This document shows positions 38,095 to 50,763 of a DNA stretch of 64,000 nucleotides, one piece after another. Position numbers and translations under genes: made by a program. The notes beneath the pieces were generated by a model that had not been told where the DNA came from, ran no database searches, and worked only from the letters and a program-made list of their open reading frames with translations. This stretch comes from Amoebophrya sp. A120 (taxonomy: Eukaryota > Protista > Dinoflagellata): NCBI GenBank assembly GCA_905178155.1, contig CAJINV010000010.1, forward strand, positions 645,851 through 709,850. Direction: 5' to 3'. Each line of letters begins with the position of its first letter. Positions within the stretch are counted from its first letter, which is position 1.

Positions 38095-41000
38095 TCACTC
38101 GTCTGGCGTTTCACCCGTCCCAGCAAGCTTAGGCGATAAACCCGTGTCAACCCCAGCAGTTGCAGCAGGAACAGGCATTTCACCAGTACCAGCGGAAACA
38201 GATTCGTCCGCCCTGTGGCATTCTTCCGCCTGTACTCCGTTGTAGGAAAACGTCACGCGCTGCTTCAGCGCGTCGGAGAGCTGCGTGAACAGCTGCTCGT
38301 CGATGGCATTCTCCGTGTCTTCCGTGGCGGTTTGCACCTGCCCCAGGTCGAACTGCATCCGCAGTTGATTCCACGCTTTCAGGTTTGCTTTCCCGAAAAT
38401 TCGGACCAGATTCTCCCACATTTTGTTTCCCGAGGCTTCGTTGAACACGTCACATTTCAGCGCCGTCAAAACCGGTTTCGCGATCAGTTCCGCGACTTTG
38501 TTGTGAACTTGCTCCGCAGTCTGAGGTGTTTCCGCAGCGCTGGATTCCGACTCGACCCCGTCCAGCGCCTTTCGCTCGATTTCCGGCCAGGTTTCGAAGA
38601 AGTCGGCGTAATGCAAGAGGACCGGCTGCTTCTCCGGTTTGCGCATCTTGCCAAGGAGGCGCAAGAATCCGCCCTTGGGCCCCAGGTTTGGCGCATGGTC
38701 CACCCATCCTTTGGCGGCCAAGAACCCGTCGAAACCCTTTTCGGGGTCGGGGGTTGCAGTTAGTGCCGTCGCCTCCGCTTCAGGAAAGAAAACCTGGTTT
38801 TGCGGCTCCAAGCTGGCAAAGGCCCAACCGACGTCAAAGCGACGCATGTACATTTCGCCCGACTCCGATTTGAAGAACCCGATGTTGCCGAAGTGGCCAT
38901 CCGTATGCATTGCAAATATGCCTTGGTCTGTGACGCAAGGAAGGGAATCAATACTTGTGAGCACGCTGTAATGCGCTGCCGAGCATGACAAATTTTTCCG
39001 TGGCTCTGCTTCTGACTTGCCGCGTACTCCGCATGAGAAACTGCGTTTTTGCATGACAGGCAAGAGGAGCTCTTCGCGGCCACCCAATAGATCCAGAGTC
39101 CAGAGTCATGCCAGACTAGCATAACAAATCGAAATCTCGCACCAATCTCGGAGACCCAGATATATTTGCATTTGATAATCCGGGTCGGAAAGCAACACGG
39201 TCAGAAACAGATCCAGCCCAAGTTGGTGGATCTGCTGATGGCTTGCTTCAAAGCTCTGGAAATTCTTCCGCGCCCACCAGGCACTTCCGAAAGTGATTCG
39301 CCCGCTGCCGATTTTGCTCAGGAGTTGGACGACACCCGTGTGTCCGACGGCGGGCGTGCCAGGCGACATCAAGCCCTTTTCCCTTTATCAACCAGGGCAA
39401 AGGGAGTTTTGGCAAAACGCATGCGGCAAACAAGGCAACTACCCTTCAATTTGGGAACAGTGTCAGTGACCGTCATCAACAGTCGCGTGCACAACAGACG
39501 GCTGGCACAAAAATTACGAGTTCTTGTGTGAATGAAAACATGTTTGGATGAGACTCATTACCAGTACCAGCTCTCTCCGCGTTTGCTTATAGCAGGGCTT
39601 CTGCTACAAAATTGAAATCGTCATTGCGACAAGCACTACTGGGCTAGTGTGCCTGATTGCAATAAACCAAAACACTTGGAACATCGTTCCATACAAGGAC
39701 GGCATCGCTCCACGGCTGGTTTCCCCAATCAAAATTCAGGAATTCCCGCATGCCCCCCTTGTCCAGCTCGTGCCAAGACAGCGTCATCGACTGCCCATCC
39801 CCTGAGGACATGTCGGCCGCGTAGTCCCCGAAGAAAATCGAAGCGGTGAAAAGAGCCCCTGCATCGGTTTTGACCACGATCGTCGTTCCGCCGATGCTGC
39901 GACAGTTCACGTAATCATCACAGTACGGCAGAGCACCGGGTGGGGTCGGTTTAGGACCGTGGTAAATCTGCTTCGTCACAGCCCGAAAAATGCTTCCTGC
40001 GACCAGCTCCGACATCGCGTCGGCGACGTTTTTTTCGCGTTTTTCCTTCTCCTTCGGCTTTTCGTCCTCCTTCCCTATCACATCAATGGGCTTGAAAACG
40101 GCTTTCTGGCCGGCCCGAAGACGCAGGGGCTCGCCACTGAAGTCTAACGTCTGCAAGTCGGTTGCAGCTTCAGATTGACCTTTTTTTTCAAGCTGGTAAA
40201 CTTGAGCTTCGTGTCCACCGGAGCCGGGCTTTTCCAGCCTCTTCCAAGACCAGACGACCCTCGGCTGAGGATTCTTCACGTCCAGCACCTTGATTGCAAG
40301 TATCAAGATGTAATCTAGGGGAGTGTTGCGAAATGCGCGAGCACGATTTCCTGGCTCACATTGATTGAATACGCAAAAATGGTCTCTGCAAAGGCAAAAC
40401 GATGACACTCACAGGTCTCATGTTTTGCGGACATAAGGCTTTGGAAGACGCAGGCCTTTAGAACAAGGTATGCACCATGTGGGTTTGTTGCATAGCTGGA
40501 TAAGCAGAACAAACTATAACTAGAATTTCCTAAGCATGCATGCATTTCCTACGCCTAGAAAATCTCTCGTCGCACAACACTTCTATTTGTCTATCCGATT
40601 CTTTCCACTCGATAGTCTCCGGAAACCGTTCGGCCGTGGTCTGTCCCATTTCGGTTTGCGGATCGGAAGGAACATCGGTTTGCGGATCGGAAGGAACAAT
40701 GTTGTCCGTCTCCTCACCCTCAAGGACGAGTCCTTTAGCGTCCAGCTGTTTCTTATACCATTCCAGGAATTGCTTTGAAGCATGTGTTGGCAGCTCGAAA
40801 CCGAGACCAGGAAATACAACGCCACCATTGCCTTCCGAATTTCCCCCGTGGTCCACTTCCACCAAAGCGGTAGAACTTGTTGCGGTCGAATCCCATTCCT
40901 CCTCCCCGTCCGACGAATGTACTTCCCCTTCCGAACTCGCAGCCGCCTCTCCGCTCCCAACAGCACCAGTTGCCGGGAATCCCCCAGGACCCTCGTCCCC

Positions 41001-41730
41001 CAGCGGAGCCAGAAAGCGGGTGTTTTTCTTGCTGGGAGGTTTCGGAGAGGGTTCTTCCGTCGTAGCTCGCTGCAACTCCGGCTCCGCTGCTTCCGGGTCA
41101 AGGATGAAAAGTATCACGGAGAAAAAGAAAGGAAGAGCGAGCTTAGTATGAGTGTGGAATTCAATTGCTATGTGGATTTGGAATTCTTCAGGAAAAAAAA
41201 GGCTAGTTTTCAGGCTTGCTAGTAGGTACTCCTCTAGAGTAGACTACGACCAAGGCGAGAAATAAATCCATCACGACATGCAAACACACTCAAGAGGGCC
41301 AGCTCAATTTTATCTTTTCCGTGTGATACCTCGCACGGCCTGGACACGAGTGGTGCCGCCAAGAGCCAAAAGTCCAAATCCGATCGCGTGGGAGCGTATC
41401 AACTGTAAAAATGTCTGGGTCTGGAAGATTGCCAGGTTTGTCATGCATATTTTGAATGACCCACGACGTCTGTGATGCATGCCCTAGCATCACAGATTTT
41501 TAGAGCACTTTGAGATGCCTCTACCGCATGAGAAATGCCCTCTCCACGTAGCACAAACTGGAGTCCTTTTGCTGGTCATGAAATACAAATTTTTTTAGAA
41601 TCCACAGTCAGCATTACAAGTTTAGAATCTTCCAGACCCAGACATTTTTACATTTGATAGAGCGAAAAAGCTGCGTGCGGCTCCGGTTGCTCGCCGCGAT
41701 CGCGAAGGTAGCGGTTGATGATGTTGCCAT
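38095..41730 (-). CDS. Atypical kinase (PI3/4K-, LepB- or HipA-like motifs) with hydrophobic N-terminus, multi-exon
   Basis: AVFKPID (Lys), AMSELVAGSIF (Glu), LSDPDGHFGNIG (DxHxxN, formed after excising 38904-39177) and RRFDVGWAF. Confidence 0.6.
38904..39177. mobile_element. Introner-like element, family A variant
   Basis: DR atccg/atccg; splits the kinase DxHxxN loop. Confidence 0.9.
41397..41659. mobile_element. Introner-like element, family A
   Basis: DR gagcg/gagcg; inverted relative to 22369-22630. Confidence 0.9.
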
Positions 41731-43167
41731 GTTTGCGCTTTCGTGTCGTTTACGTTTTTAGTCTACTTCCTTAGTCGTGAATTTGAGAGTTTATGATAAT
41801 TTCCGGCGCTGTGCAGAGCTCTTTTTCACTTGATGTAAAACTAAAAGGAAACGGTAGTGATAAGTTCGTGCAAAACAAATTTTGGTTTTAGTGTTTTTGT
41901 CAGAATGCTGTTTCGTCTGTGGAATAATTAGGCTAGAGAACTGTGGCGCATGGAAAGGGATTTCAAAACTGAAGTCTAGACGGCCGTCTTCCAGATCCTC
42001 TCAAAGAGTCATCAACACGAGGACGAGACTATAACTACGGAACCGAAGTTACGACGTGGCTATGGCATTATAGCACGTGATACTATAGAATCACAACCGA
42101 AACACTGCAATCAATCGTCGCAACAGACACTACATACTTTACCTCCGAGGTTTGTAGTCCTTCATCTGTGTGAGGAAAGAAAGGACGTATAGGCAGCAAC
42201 CGATATTTTTCGTAATATCAGCACGCGAACAGGAGAAGTTACAACAACCGACTAGTAGACTCAGCAAGCCGATGAAACTGGTAGGAAATATAAGCAGATC
42301 ATTGCGGACCGATCCTGTCGTCAAAGAGCCTTGTGATTCTGTACCCGACAGGGAAAGTTTGTTTTTCTATTGGCTAAAGGCGGGTAAAACATCAAGCAAC
42401 AAACAGCTTAACCTCCTCTTCTTTTTGCAGAAGTCCGAAGTGACGCACAGAACTAAATGCACAATTGCCCTTCGTGCGGTACTTGTCATGGAAAAGATAA
42501 GGAAAAGCGGTCTACAACTTGTGCAGGAAAATAAAACCTGGACGAAACTACTGCACCAGCTGCACGAGTTTGCAATCATTATCGCACGACCTAAAACTTC
42601 TACCGTAGTAGTTTTTCTTCCGTTATTTTTTCCGATTCGGTCACCGTGCCGCCGCTTCAGCCCCGGCCCGCGCTAATGCTGCTGGAAAACTGATTTTCAG
42701 TCTGTTTATAGATTCTTCACCGAGGAAATTCATGGCAAAAGGCGCGTTGCCTTTAGCTTTAGTTGTCCTTTTGTTCATCGCATAATAAATAGATACAAGA
42801 GCATGCAACTCTTACCCATTGCAGCCCTCTCTACTACTTACTTCTCTGTCATGACGTCAAAAACGTTGTGGATGCTTATTCGAGGAGTTCGACGAAAATG
42901 ATGATCGACGCACAGTTTACGAGTCGATACATAAACTGCAAAGGACTTTGTGATGTCGGCTGCCTGCTGCTGGTACTCGGCCGCCTTTTTCTGCATCTGC
43001 TTCTCGTGCGCAGTCAGGTTCTCGCCGTATCAAAGGGAGATAGTAAACTTCTGCCTGCTTCTTGCACTTCGTCAACTACAGAGCTGCCAGCATATCATGA
43101 CTTACGATTTATCTCACGAGTGAATTATATCATGCTTTGCGAAAAACAAACCTTGTGGAAGCAGGAA

Positions 43168-45367
43168 TCAATGGAAGCTGCAAAAGTTAAAGTACAAAGT
43201 TTTCTTATGTAATGCAAAAGCATCGTACTAGTAGTAATCGCATTACAAATTTGCTCAGCATGACAAATGGAATTTCTCATGCTGATTTACCTTGAAAAAA
43301 AGATTTGTCATGCACAAATGCGATTACTACGAGTACGATACTTTTGCACAGGATATTTCTCCAGACGATACGAAGATCAACCAGTTCCCGCCTGTGATCC
43401 ACGGTTTCTGTTTTTCGATCTATCCTGAGTGAAAACGCCCCCACCCCATAGTGAAGATGGGCAATCTGCTACACAAATCAACCAGCATTGGCTGTTGCGC
43501 ACGACAAGTTTGGCCCCGCAGTGTCATCCTGTTTAGCTAGTTATAGTAGCATTACAGATCTAGCATATTATGCTGATTGGAGCATCACAAGTTCCAAACC
43601 ACGACTAGAAAATGCTTCTCATGTTGGGGCTCTGCATGAGAAGCATTTTGAGCATGCAGATCTGCATGACGACTATAGGGTTGGAACGTTTTTACTCAGG
43701 ATACGATCCCGATCGCCTTCGCCGCTACCTCGTACTCCTGTCCGCTATGGATGTGTCAGGATCGAAATCGTCAAAATTGAACAAATAGTTTGTCATGCAT
43801 AAAACCGATACCAGTCGGAAGCCCACTTATCAGGCGGCGCATGACAAATTTTCCGAGCATCGGAATCCAATTTGTCATGCTGTTCGAGCACAGAAGACTG
43901 CTTTTGTCATGCTAGTTTAGTAGCTCCATTTCAAACCCTAAACAGGCCAACAATCGGCCTCACTTGCCATCCCGGCAAGACAGGCACTTCATGCCTTGCA
44001 TTTTGTGCATCGCAAACTATTTCAACTTTGACGATTTCAATCCTGACGCTTCCATATCCGCGCTCCCGGTAGTACGCCGCCTGCAGCTCCGCTGTGACCA
44101 GATCGGCGTGAAAGGGCTCTATCTTCTTTCCAATCTCCTCTTCCGCCGACATATCTCCCGCAGTGGACCCATTTTTCGCATATGAACTGCAAAAGTTAAA
44201 GTATCGTACTAGTATAAATTGCATTACAAATTAGCGCAGCATTACGAATTGAATTTGTAATGCTGATTTTCGTTGAGAACGAAATTTGTAATGCATAAAT
44301 GCAATAATTACTACGAGTACGATGCTTCAGCATTGCATATCGCACTCCGCGCGGCGATTTTCTTCTCCGCGGCGGCGCGAATCGCGGCCAGAGCTTCCTG
44401 CGCCCCCGCAGCCGCACTTTCCGTGATTTTTACGTTGATGTCGCTCAGCGTTTTTTCGTATCCTGTGTAAAAACGTCCCCACCACAGAGTTGTGATGCAA
44501 ATGCGCAATGACAGGAGCATCTGTAATGCGCATACCCATGAGAGGCATTTCCAATCGAGTTTTGGCATTTGTGATGCTGTAAACAGCATGAGAAAGTGGT
44601 TTTATCACGCGGATTCCCTTGCTAACCAGCACAACGCTGCAGAGGAAAACTTATCATGCACAACTCCCAAAATTTGCAGATTTACCGACTTGACTATGGG
44701 GTGGGGACGTTTTTGCTCACCATATTTCGTACTCCGTCACCAGCGCCCGGGCCTTAGCCGCTGCCTTGGCGGCAGCTGCTTTCGCCTCCGCGCTTTCCTT
44801 TGCTACAGCGAGGGATCAAAATGAAAAGTCCCCCCTCCCCATATCGAACTGGAAATCTGTGATGCAGGATCTGTGTACACAAATCGGATTTGTCTTGCGG
44901 TAGAGGACTGCAGACAGATGCAAAGCCCGGAACGGGGTGGCTTGGGGTAGGTACTTAGCATGGCAGACGTCTGCCCTAGTAGCGTAGCAGCATTACAAAC
45001 CGCCTGCGAAATGCAGCGGAAGCCCTGGCTTTGCTCTCTTGCAAGACAGAATCGATTCGTGAGCACAAATCAGCATCACAAATTTTGAAAAGCACGCCTT
45101 TTCGATATGGGGAGGGGGGATTTTTCCTCACAATACGAGGTTTTTGGTCACCAGTTCCACGATCTGTTTCGCTTTTGCCTTGGCATTGCCGTTGTCTGCT
45201 GCGGTGGAGGAAATAGACGAGAAAAGTGACAAAGCCGAGGACGTCGGGAGGTTTGAAAGGTAGAAAAACCAAATCGCAAAATATCTGCAGACGATGGAGT
45301 GGATAAGAGGCGCGGCGGACGGTCTGCCACGCCGCTGCGCTACGTCGACAGTATTTCGTCCGGACAT
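43168..45367 (-). CDS. Ala-rich helical hypothetical protein split by six TIR elements
   Basis: Six successive excisions give one frame: VTKNLAVAKE, TEYEKTL, ARSAKNG, RERGQEY, AIGIEKQ, SSGETLYFNFCSFH*. Confidence 0.75.
43206..43355. mobile_element. Introner-like element, family D
   Basis: DR tttct/tttct. Confidence 0.9.
43421..43703. mobile_element. Introner-like element, family E
   Basis: TIR tatcctgagtgaaaacg; DR cgatc/cgatc. Confidence 0.9.
43746..44056. mobile_element. Introner-like element, family F
   Basis: TIR tatggatgtgtcaggatcgaaatcgtcaaa; DR tccgc/tccgc. Confidence 0.9.
44181..44339. mobile_element. Introner-like element, family D
   Basis: DR tcgca/tcgca. Confidence 0.9.
44459..44724. 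mobile_element. Introner-like element, family E
   Basis: DR tttcg/tttcg. Confidence 0.9.
44814..45135. mobile_element. Introner-like element, family G
   Basis: DR cgagg/cgagg. Confidence 0.9.
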
Positions 45368-46534
45368 TTTGCTAGTTTCGCCAGGGCCTCACGCGGCCCC
45401 AGCTTGGGAGACGTCGAAGGCACTATGTCTATGGACAACAAGTTAAGAACATGCGAATTACCTTGTCCGTGTAGCACCAAAATTTTTCTCTTAGGTCAGG
45501 ATAGTAGCTTGGATCAGGATAATACCGCTGCCTTCTCGTAGTTCGCTCGGCTTGCGCTTGTGTATTTTTTTTCCAGTTGCTTCATTCACAAGCATCTGTC
45601 CTCTCCGTCGCTTCAGAATGATAAACAGGACGAAGAAATGCGCATTCCCTCTTAGGTCCCAGTCCCATCATGGATACTAGCAACACACTCGTCAAAAATA
45701 ATGTAGCAGTAACTGACACTACTTTTTAATTATTTACCAGCTACAGTGGAAGAGCATTCACTTTCCTTCCTCGAAGTCTTCTCTGCCCCCGCTGGGCTAG
45801 CATGACGCAAATACGCCACAATTGACCGGCAATGAACACGTAATAGCTCTACGTAAACGTATTTACATTTCCGGCTTCGCATTAGAAGCTGCAAGTGAAA
45901 CGAGAAAAGGAGCATTAAACCCAACGCGACCATTTTTCGCAACGTAACAGCCTTCTTACAGTTTCAGGGTCGGGGTTTTTTATTCGGCTTTCTTGTTTTA
46001 GGGGAAAGAAGAACTTTTGCACCATTTTTACATCCATGAAGTAGATGTAGATGTTGTTCTAACTAGAGCATTCATTGGCGTCAAAATTTGTCTGTGCTCT
46101 AGCTGCCGTGGTCAGTGAACAAGGGTGGGGGGAACCGCGTCTAATTGAGGTCAAAAATGATACAAGAAAAGATGTTCTTGAGAAGCACATGGGGATGAAG
46201 GGGGTCTGCTAGTAGGGGTCTGCTAGTGGGGGTCTGGTAGTTCTGGTAGTGGTTAGGCTCAGGGTTTTGTTTTGCTAACAAAAGTAAAGATGATATGAAA
46301 GGCCGTTAGAAAGATTGATAAGATCATGCAACATTTCGCTTAGGACTTTGACATGCCTCAAAATTGAAGCATGCCTGCGGTGATTCAGAGAAGATCAAGA
46401 TCGATTGATTGATAGATACAGCCATGTAAGTAAAAAATTTGTGTAAACAAAAAAGCTAGCCTACTGCTACTACCGTCGTTTTCCTGCTAGAATAAACATC
46501 CGATTTTTTTTTTTCGCTGCTGCTCATTCGGAAC

Positions 46535-49500
46535 TCACGCTGCCGTAGGGGCCACCTCCCCGTTGAGCATGCGATCGTCGGTCCAGTCAAAATAGCCGAC
46601 GCCTTTGCCGCCTTTCGCGAAGACTTTCACCGAATTGAAAACAAAATTGGTTCCGTAGTGCTCGGTGGGCATCAGCAATCCAACCTGGTCGTCCCATCCG
46701 GGGTAGATGCTTTTCGCATCCTTTTTCCCGTAATTCGCATCTTTCACCAGAGCATTGCACGCATCTATCCCCTGGTCGTTTCCGTTAGCCTGGAACTCGG
46801 TGCCGGCCCAGGACCCGCAAAAGGCAGTGTTGATGATGAAGGTTTGCGTGCGAAAGTGCTCGCTGGCTTCGCTGCAATGAGCCAACGGAAAGACCACGTA
46901 GGGCTTCAAACTTTGCAGCTTGGTCTCCCAGAACTCAGGTTGGGCGGACTCCTCCGCGCTGATGGCGTTGGCGTCTTTGCGAGGAATCCAGTAAAAATCC
47001 GTCTTGTCCTCCCCCAGCTTCATGATGTGAATGCCACCCTGCTCCTTGTTGAATTCGATCCCGTTCGGAATGCCCTTGGCCAGGACCCCGCAGCCGTCGT
47101 ACCCCTCGCAATTTCGCATTTTCAGGTACAGCGTCATGTAGTCGGGGCACTGGTTGTCCGGGAAGTACCAGTGCTGCTCGTTTGCTGGATCCGGTCTACA
47201 CTGCTCGTACACGTCGTCCCCTACCTCATCCTCGGTGGGATTCAGCCTGTTCGTTTTGGTCCGGAACATGTTGCAGTTCCCGACGCAAGGCTTCCCCTCA
47301 GGGCAAGCACCCTCGTCCCGTCGCCAGGGGCCAAACTCGGTGTGCAGGGTGGTGGGCTATCAAATTGAAAAGCGGGGCCCTAGCTGTACTACACAGAACT
47401 TGGTGGAAGCATTAGCATTTGTCTTTGTTGTATAATATCATGCCGAACCGACCGCGCAACCACTGCCGTCCAGGACTAGTGAGGGTCGTTCATGCGGCAA
47501 CGCTCTCGAAAAACCCCAACGCCACCCAGGACCAGCAATTAATTAAATTTCATTTTCTTTCTATTAGTCGCCGATGTAAACATGCCGATGCCGTCTTGAT
47601 GTCTTTTCAATGCAAGCAATTGATAAAGTTTTCACCCTGAAGAGCAAAAATTTGTGTTGCGAAATAGAGGCTCAACACCAGTGGAAACTGTTCATAACGA
47701 GGATGCTTCTCACGATTGAAAATTCTGGATCAGAAAAAGAACTCAACATAGTCGGTTCTGCCCTCCAACACGACAAAAGAATCTTCTCTTTTCGAAACTT
47801 CGCCACAGATATTAATTGAGTATTTCCACCTTCTGCGGGCGGGGCACTAGCACTTTTCAACAAGATATGATCATCTCCTTGTTGGGAAACCCGTGCACGT
47901 GCTCCATCATGTCAAACTCCCCCGACTCCGGCCAGTGAGCATGCCCAAACTGCCACCCGTCCTCGGCCCAATACCCCTGCCTCGGGACCCAAAACTCTTC
48001 CCCGATCGGCACGACCCCGCCCTTGTGCGCGGTCCAGTAAGCGGGCCACGAGCCATCGATCGCGGGCATGCGCTCCACGTCGACGACAAAAATCGAACCG
48101 TACGTGAAGCCAAACTTGCTGTGCATGCGAATTGCGTACCGGTTGCCATTTTCGTCGCTCCCTACGTCCGGGCTTTTGCGGTCATCGGGCGCCAAGGCCG
48201 GCCTGCCTTTCGCGAAGTCGATGCTCACCTTGTTGTCGTTGGTTTGCGTGATCAGGGTGTCTCTTCGGTTCCAGCCCTCCTGGTAGTTAACGGCCCCCTG
48301 TGTGGGGTCGCCGAGTCTGTCCCAGGGGACAAAACAGTCCAGGAAAGCGGCCCGATCGCTCCCCGGACAGTTTAGCGCCAACTGCAGCTGCGGTGACGCG
48401 GAGTTTTGTTCCTCGTTAGACACGTTTACTTCCTCGGACGGCTTTTCCTCGGAAACACTCAGCGGATCCGTTGGTGGCACTTCTGGAGCTGGATCCGTTG
48501 GTGGCACTTCTGGAGCTACGCTGATGACAGTGCACAACCCCCTCCCTCACTTGTCGGGCATGAGCAGCAATAGAAACACCACCAGACCTCAACCTCATGG
48601 AGCCTGTGCATGACAAGTTGTTCCTGCGCCGACTGAAGTACTTACTGTTCTGGCTACATCAAGAACTTCCGGGATTTGTCATGCCAACTGTGCCAAATGA
48701 ACGAAGAAACTGCAACTGGCTCTGGCTTCAGCATTTTGCATGACAAACAAGGGGGACGTCGAGTTGTGCAATCGGATAACGCGGGTCTGATTCCGGGCGC
48801 CGTTCTTGGTCGTCTCCTCGGCTTCCTCCGGCGCCTGGCAGTACTCACAGGCCGGCTCCTATCCTGAGAAAAAAGTGTTACAGTTGCACACTCTGATGGA
48901 AGACAAGCAAGACAGACGACCTCTGCCATGCAGGAAATGCTTGGCAGCCTCATTTCATTCGTGTTCTTTTCCCTTTAGACTCTGCGCATCACAGGTTGTT
49001 TTTGCCATGATGTCGAGCAACTTTGTGATGCAGAAATTCCAACAAATGTGTAACTGCAACACTTCATTTTTCCTGTGATAGCTCCACCGGATGACTGACG
49101 TCCCTGGTCCCCACAGGCTCCCCAGACCGCAGCTCGGTAGATGTTCTCGTAGCCCCAGCGGCGAGTTGCAGTATCCTGAGTAAAAGCGTCCCCACCCCAT
49201 AGTTCTTGTCATGCAGATTTGCAGTCACAGGAAGATTTGTAATGTGCATCCCCGTGAGAGGCACTTATTTCAGTCGTGTTTTGGACTTTGTAATGCTGTA
49301 AACAGGATGATTAGCTGGCTTTGTGATGCGGCTGCACTTGTGAAACTGCACCAAAATACAGAGAGGAACTTGTCATGCGCATACTCCCAAAACTTCTCGG
49401 CTTGTGTTGCGAGATCCCCGTCTTGAGTCTGGGGTCGTGGGGACGTTTTTACTCAGGATATGCAGCGACGAAGCTTTAACATTTTCTGCGGTGGACAGAG

Positions 49501-49630
49501 CCACATTTTTCCGCGCTGGTTGGGCAGCATTCCGCGCTGCAGGTTTCTTCAAAACCTTGAACGCTAGTGCCGGTGCTGGCCCACGATCAGCCCCTCCTAC
49601 GTAGAGGATTTGTAACAGGAACCGCTTCAT
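46535..49630 (-). CDS. GH16 (beta-1,3-glucanase/laminarinase-like) paralogue 1
   Basis: WPAYWT, WPESGEFDMMEH (ExDxxE) and QTFIINTAFCGSWAG; interrupted by four TIR elements. Confidence 0.85.
47358..47867. mobile_element. Long (510 bp) diverged introner-like element
   Basis: Ends tatcaaattgaaaagcg / cacttttcaacaagata; DR tgggc/tgatc; excision gives EMITTLH as in the paralogue. Confidence 0.8.
48523..48778. mobile_element. Diverged introner-like element
   Basis: TIR core tgcacaac; DR acgct/acgcg; excision is in frame. Confidence 0.75.
48860..49080. mobile_element. Introner-like element, family B
   Basis: DR gctcc/gctcc. Confidence 0.9.
49172..49460. mobile_element. Introner-like element, family E
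   Basis: DR tgcag/tgcag. Confidence 0.9.
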
Positions 49631-50763
49631 TTTTTTCCTGACCGCCGTTTTTTTGTGTGTGAAGAACAACTGACTTTTCGATGCGTTTTTCTGTTGTGTA
49701 AAAGACAGACTTTTACTCAGAGGTCGTCGTGTTCTCGTCTTTTCAGAAGATATCCCAGATTGTTATATGAATCGTTTGCTCGGCGCGCATATGTACTTAT
49801 TAACTATTCGGGGAGAACTTTCGGCGGGCACAGAAGATCCACGACTCGAGTGGTTGTCGGCAAAGCTGAGGAACTGTTGCTTGGAGTTTTCATCGGGAAA
49901 ACGAACAAGTGAAAAAATAAATACCTACGTATAGTACATAGGAATATCTAAACACCAAAGAGCGGAAATAGCCTGTTATGCCTTTACGGGGATTTCGGTT
50001 TTCCATCCCCATCGTGTTTTGCACGAAGATTTGGCGAGTCACAATTAAAACAGCCACGAGAGGTGGAGCGATTGGACGAAGCCTACGGCAAAGGAAGAGA
50101 CCTGCATTCAAATCTTGAACGACAACGATTTTGGTTGACGAATAACGATTTGCTGGACGGCCTGCCGGTGCAGCTGCAGGTGCAGGTTTCATTTCCCTAC
50201 AAAAAATTTCTTCGCAAACGAGGAAAAGCGATCTTCCACCGGCGCAACGGCGCCAGCATGTACGAGGGAACGAGGGTAATGAAATCACGATATGAAACGA
50301 CCTACTTCACTGCAATACAGCCTTGTATCGAAATAAATGCGAAGGTAAAGAAAAACGAAATAACAACAAAGTGGAGAATACTTCGGAAGACACAGGTCGG
50401 TGTTCCTGTAGCGCCCGGAAAATTTATTAAAAAATTTCTTGGATGTTGTTGATTTTTTCGTCGGCTACCAGATCAAGAACAAGCTTGGTTCTGTTAACTT
50501 CTTCTATACCAGTGCTAATAATTATTGCATCAGCTCCCTTCGCAAACAGGAATACATGAAGCGAACGAGCTATTGAAAAAGACTGCTTGTTGGGGGAATA
50601 GGGATTTTTTCTTTATTCACCCACGTCCTTTTCTGGCAGTAGCTGGCAGCGGTAGAAGAAAAACTACAGAAGAAGTATGCGGTGAGATGAACAAGGGCCA
50701 AACTAGCAGGTGGACGAGCTGCTCAAGTATCTTTATCGGCCCTTCAACAACACCTGTCTTCCC

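Noticed and set aside
40289-40580. Another TIR element in the kinase gene
   Set aside because: There is no convincing TIR/DR pair, and a GT-AG intron explains the join.
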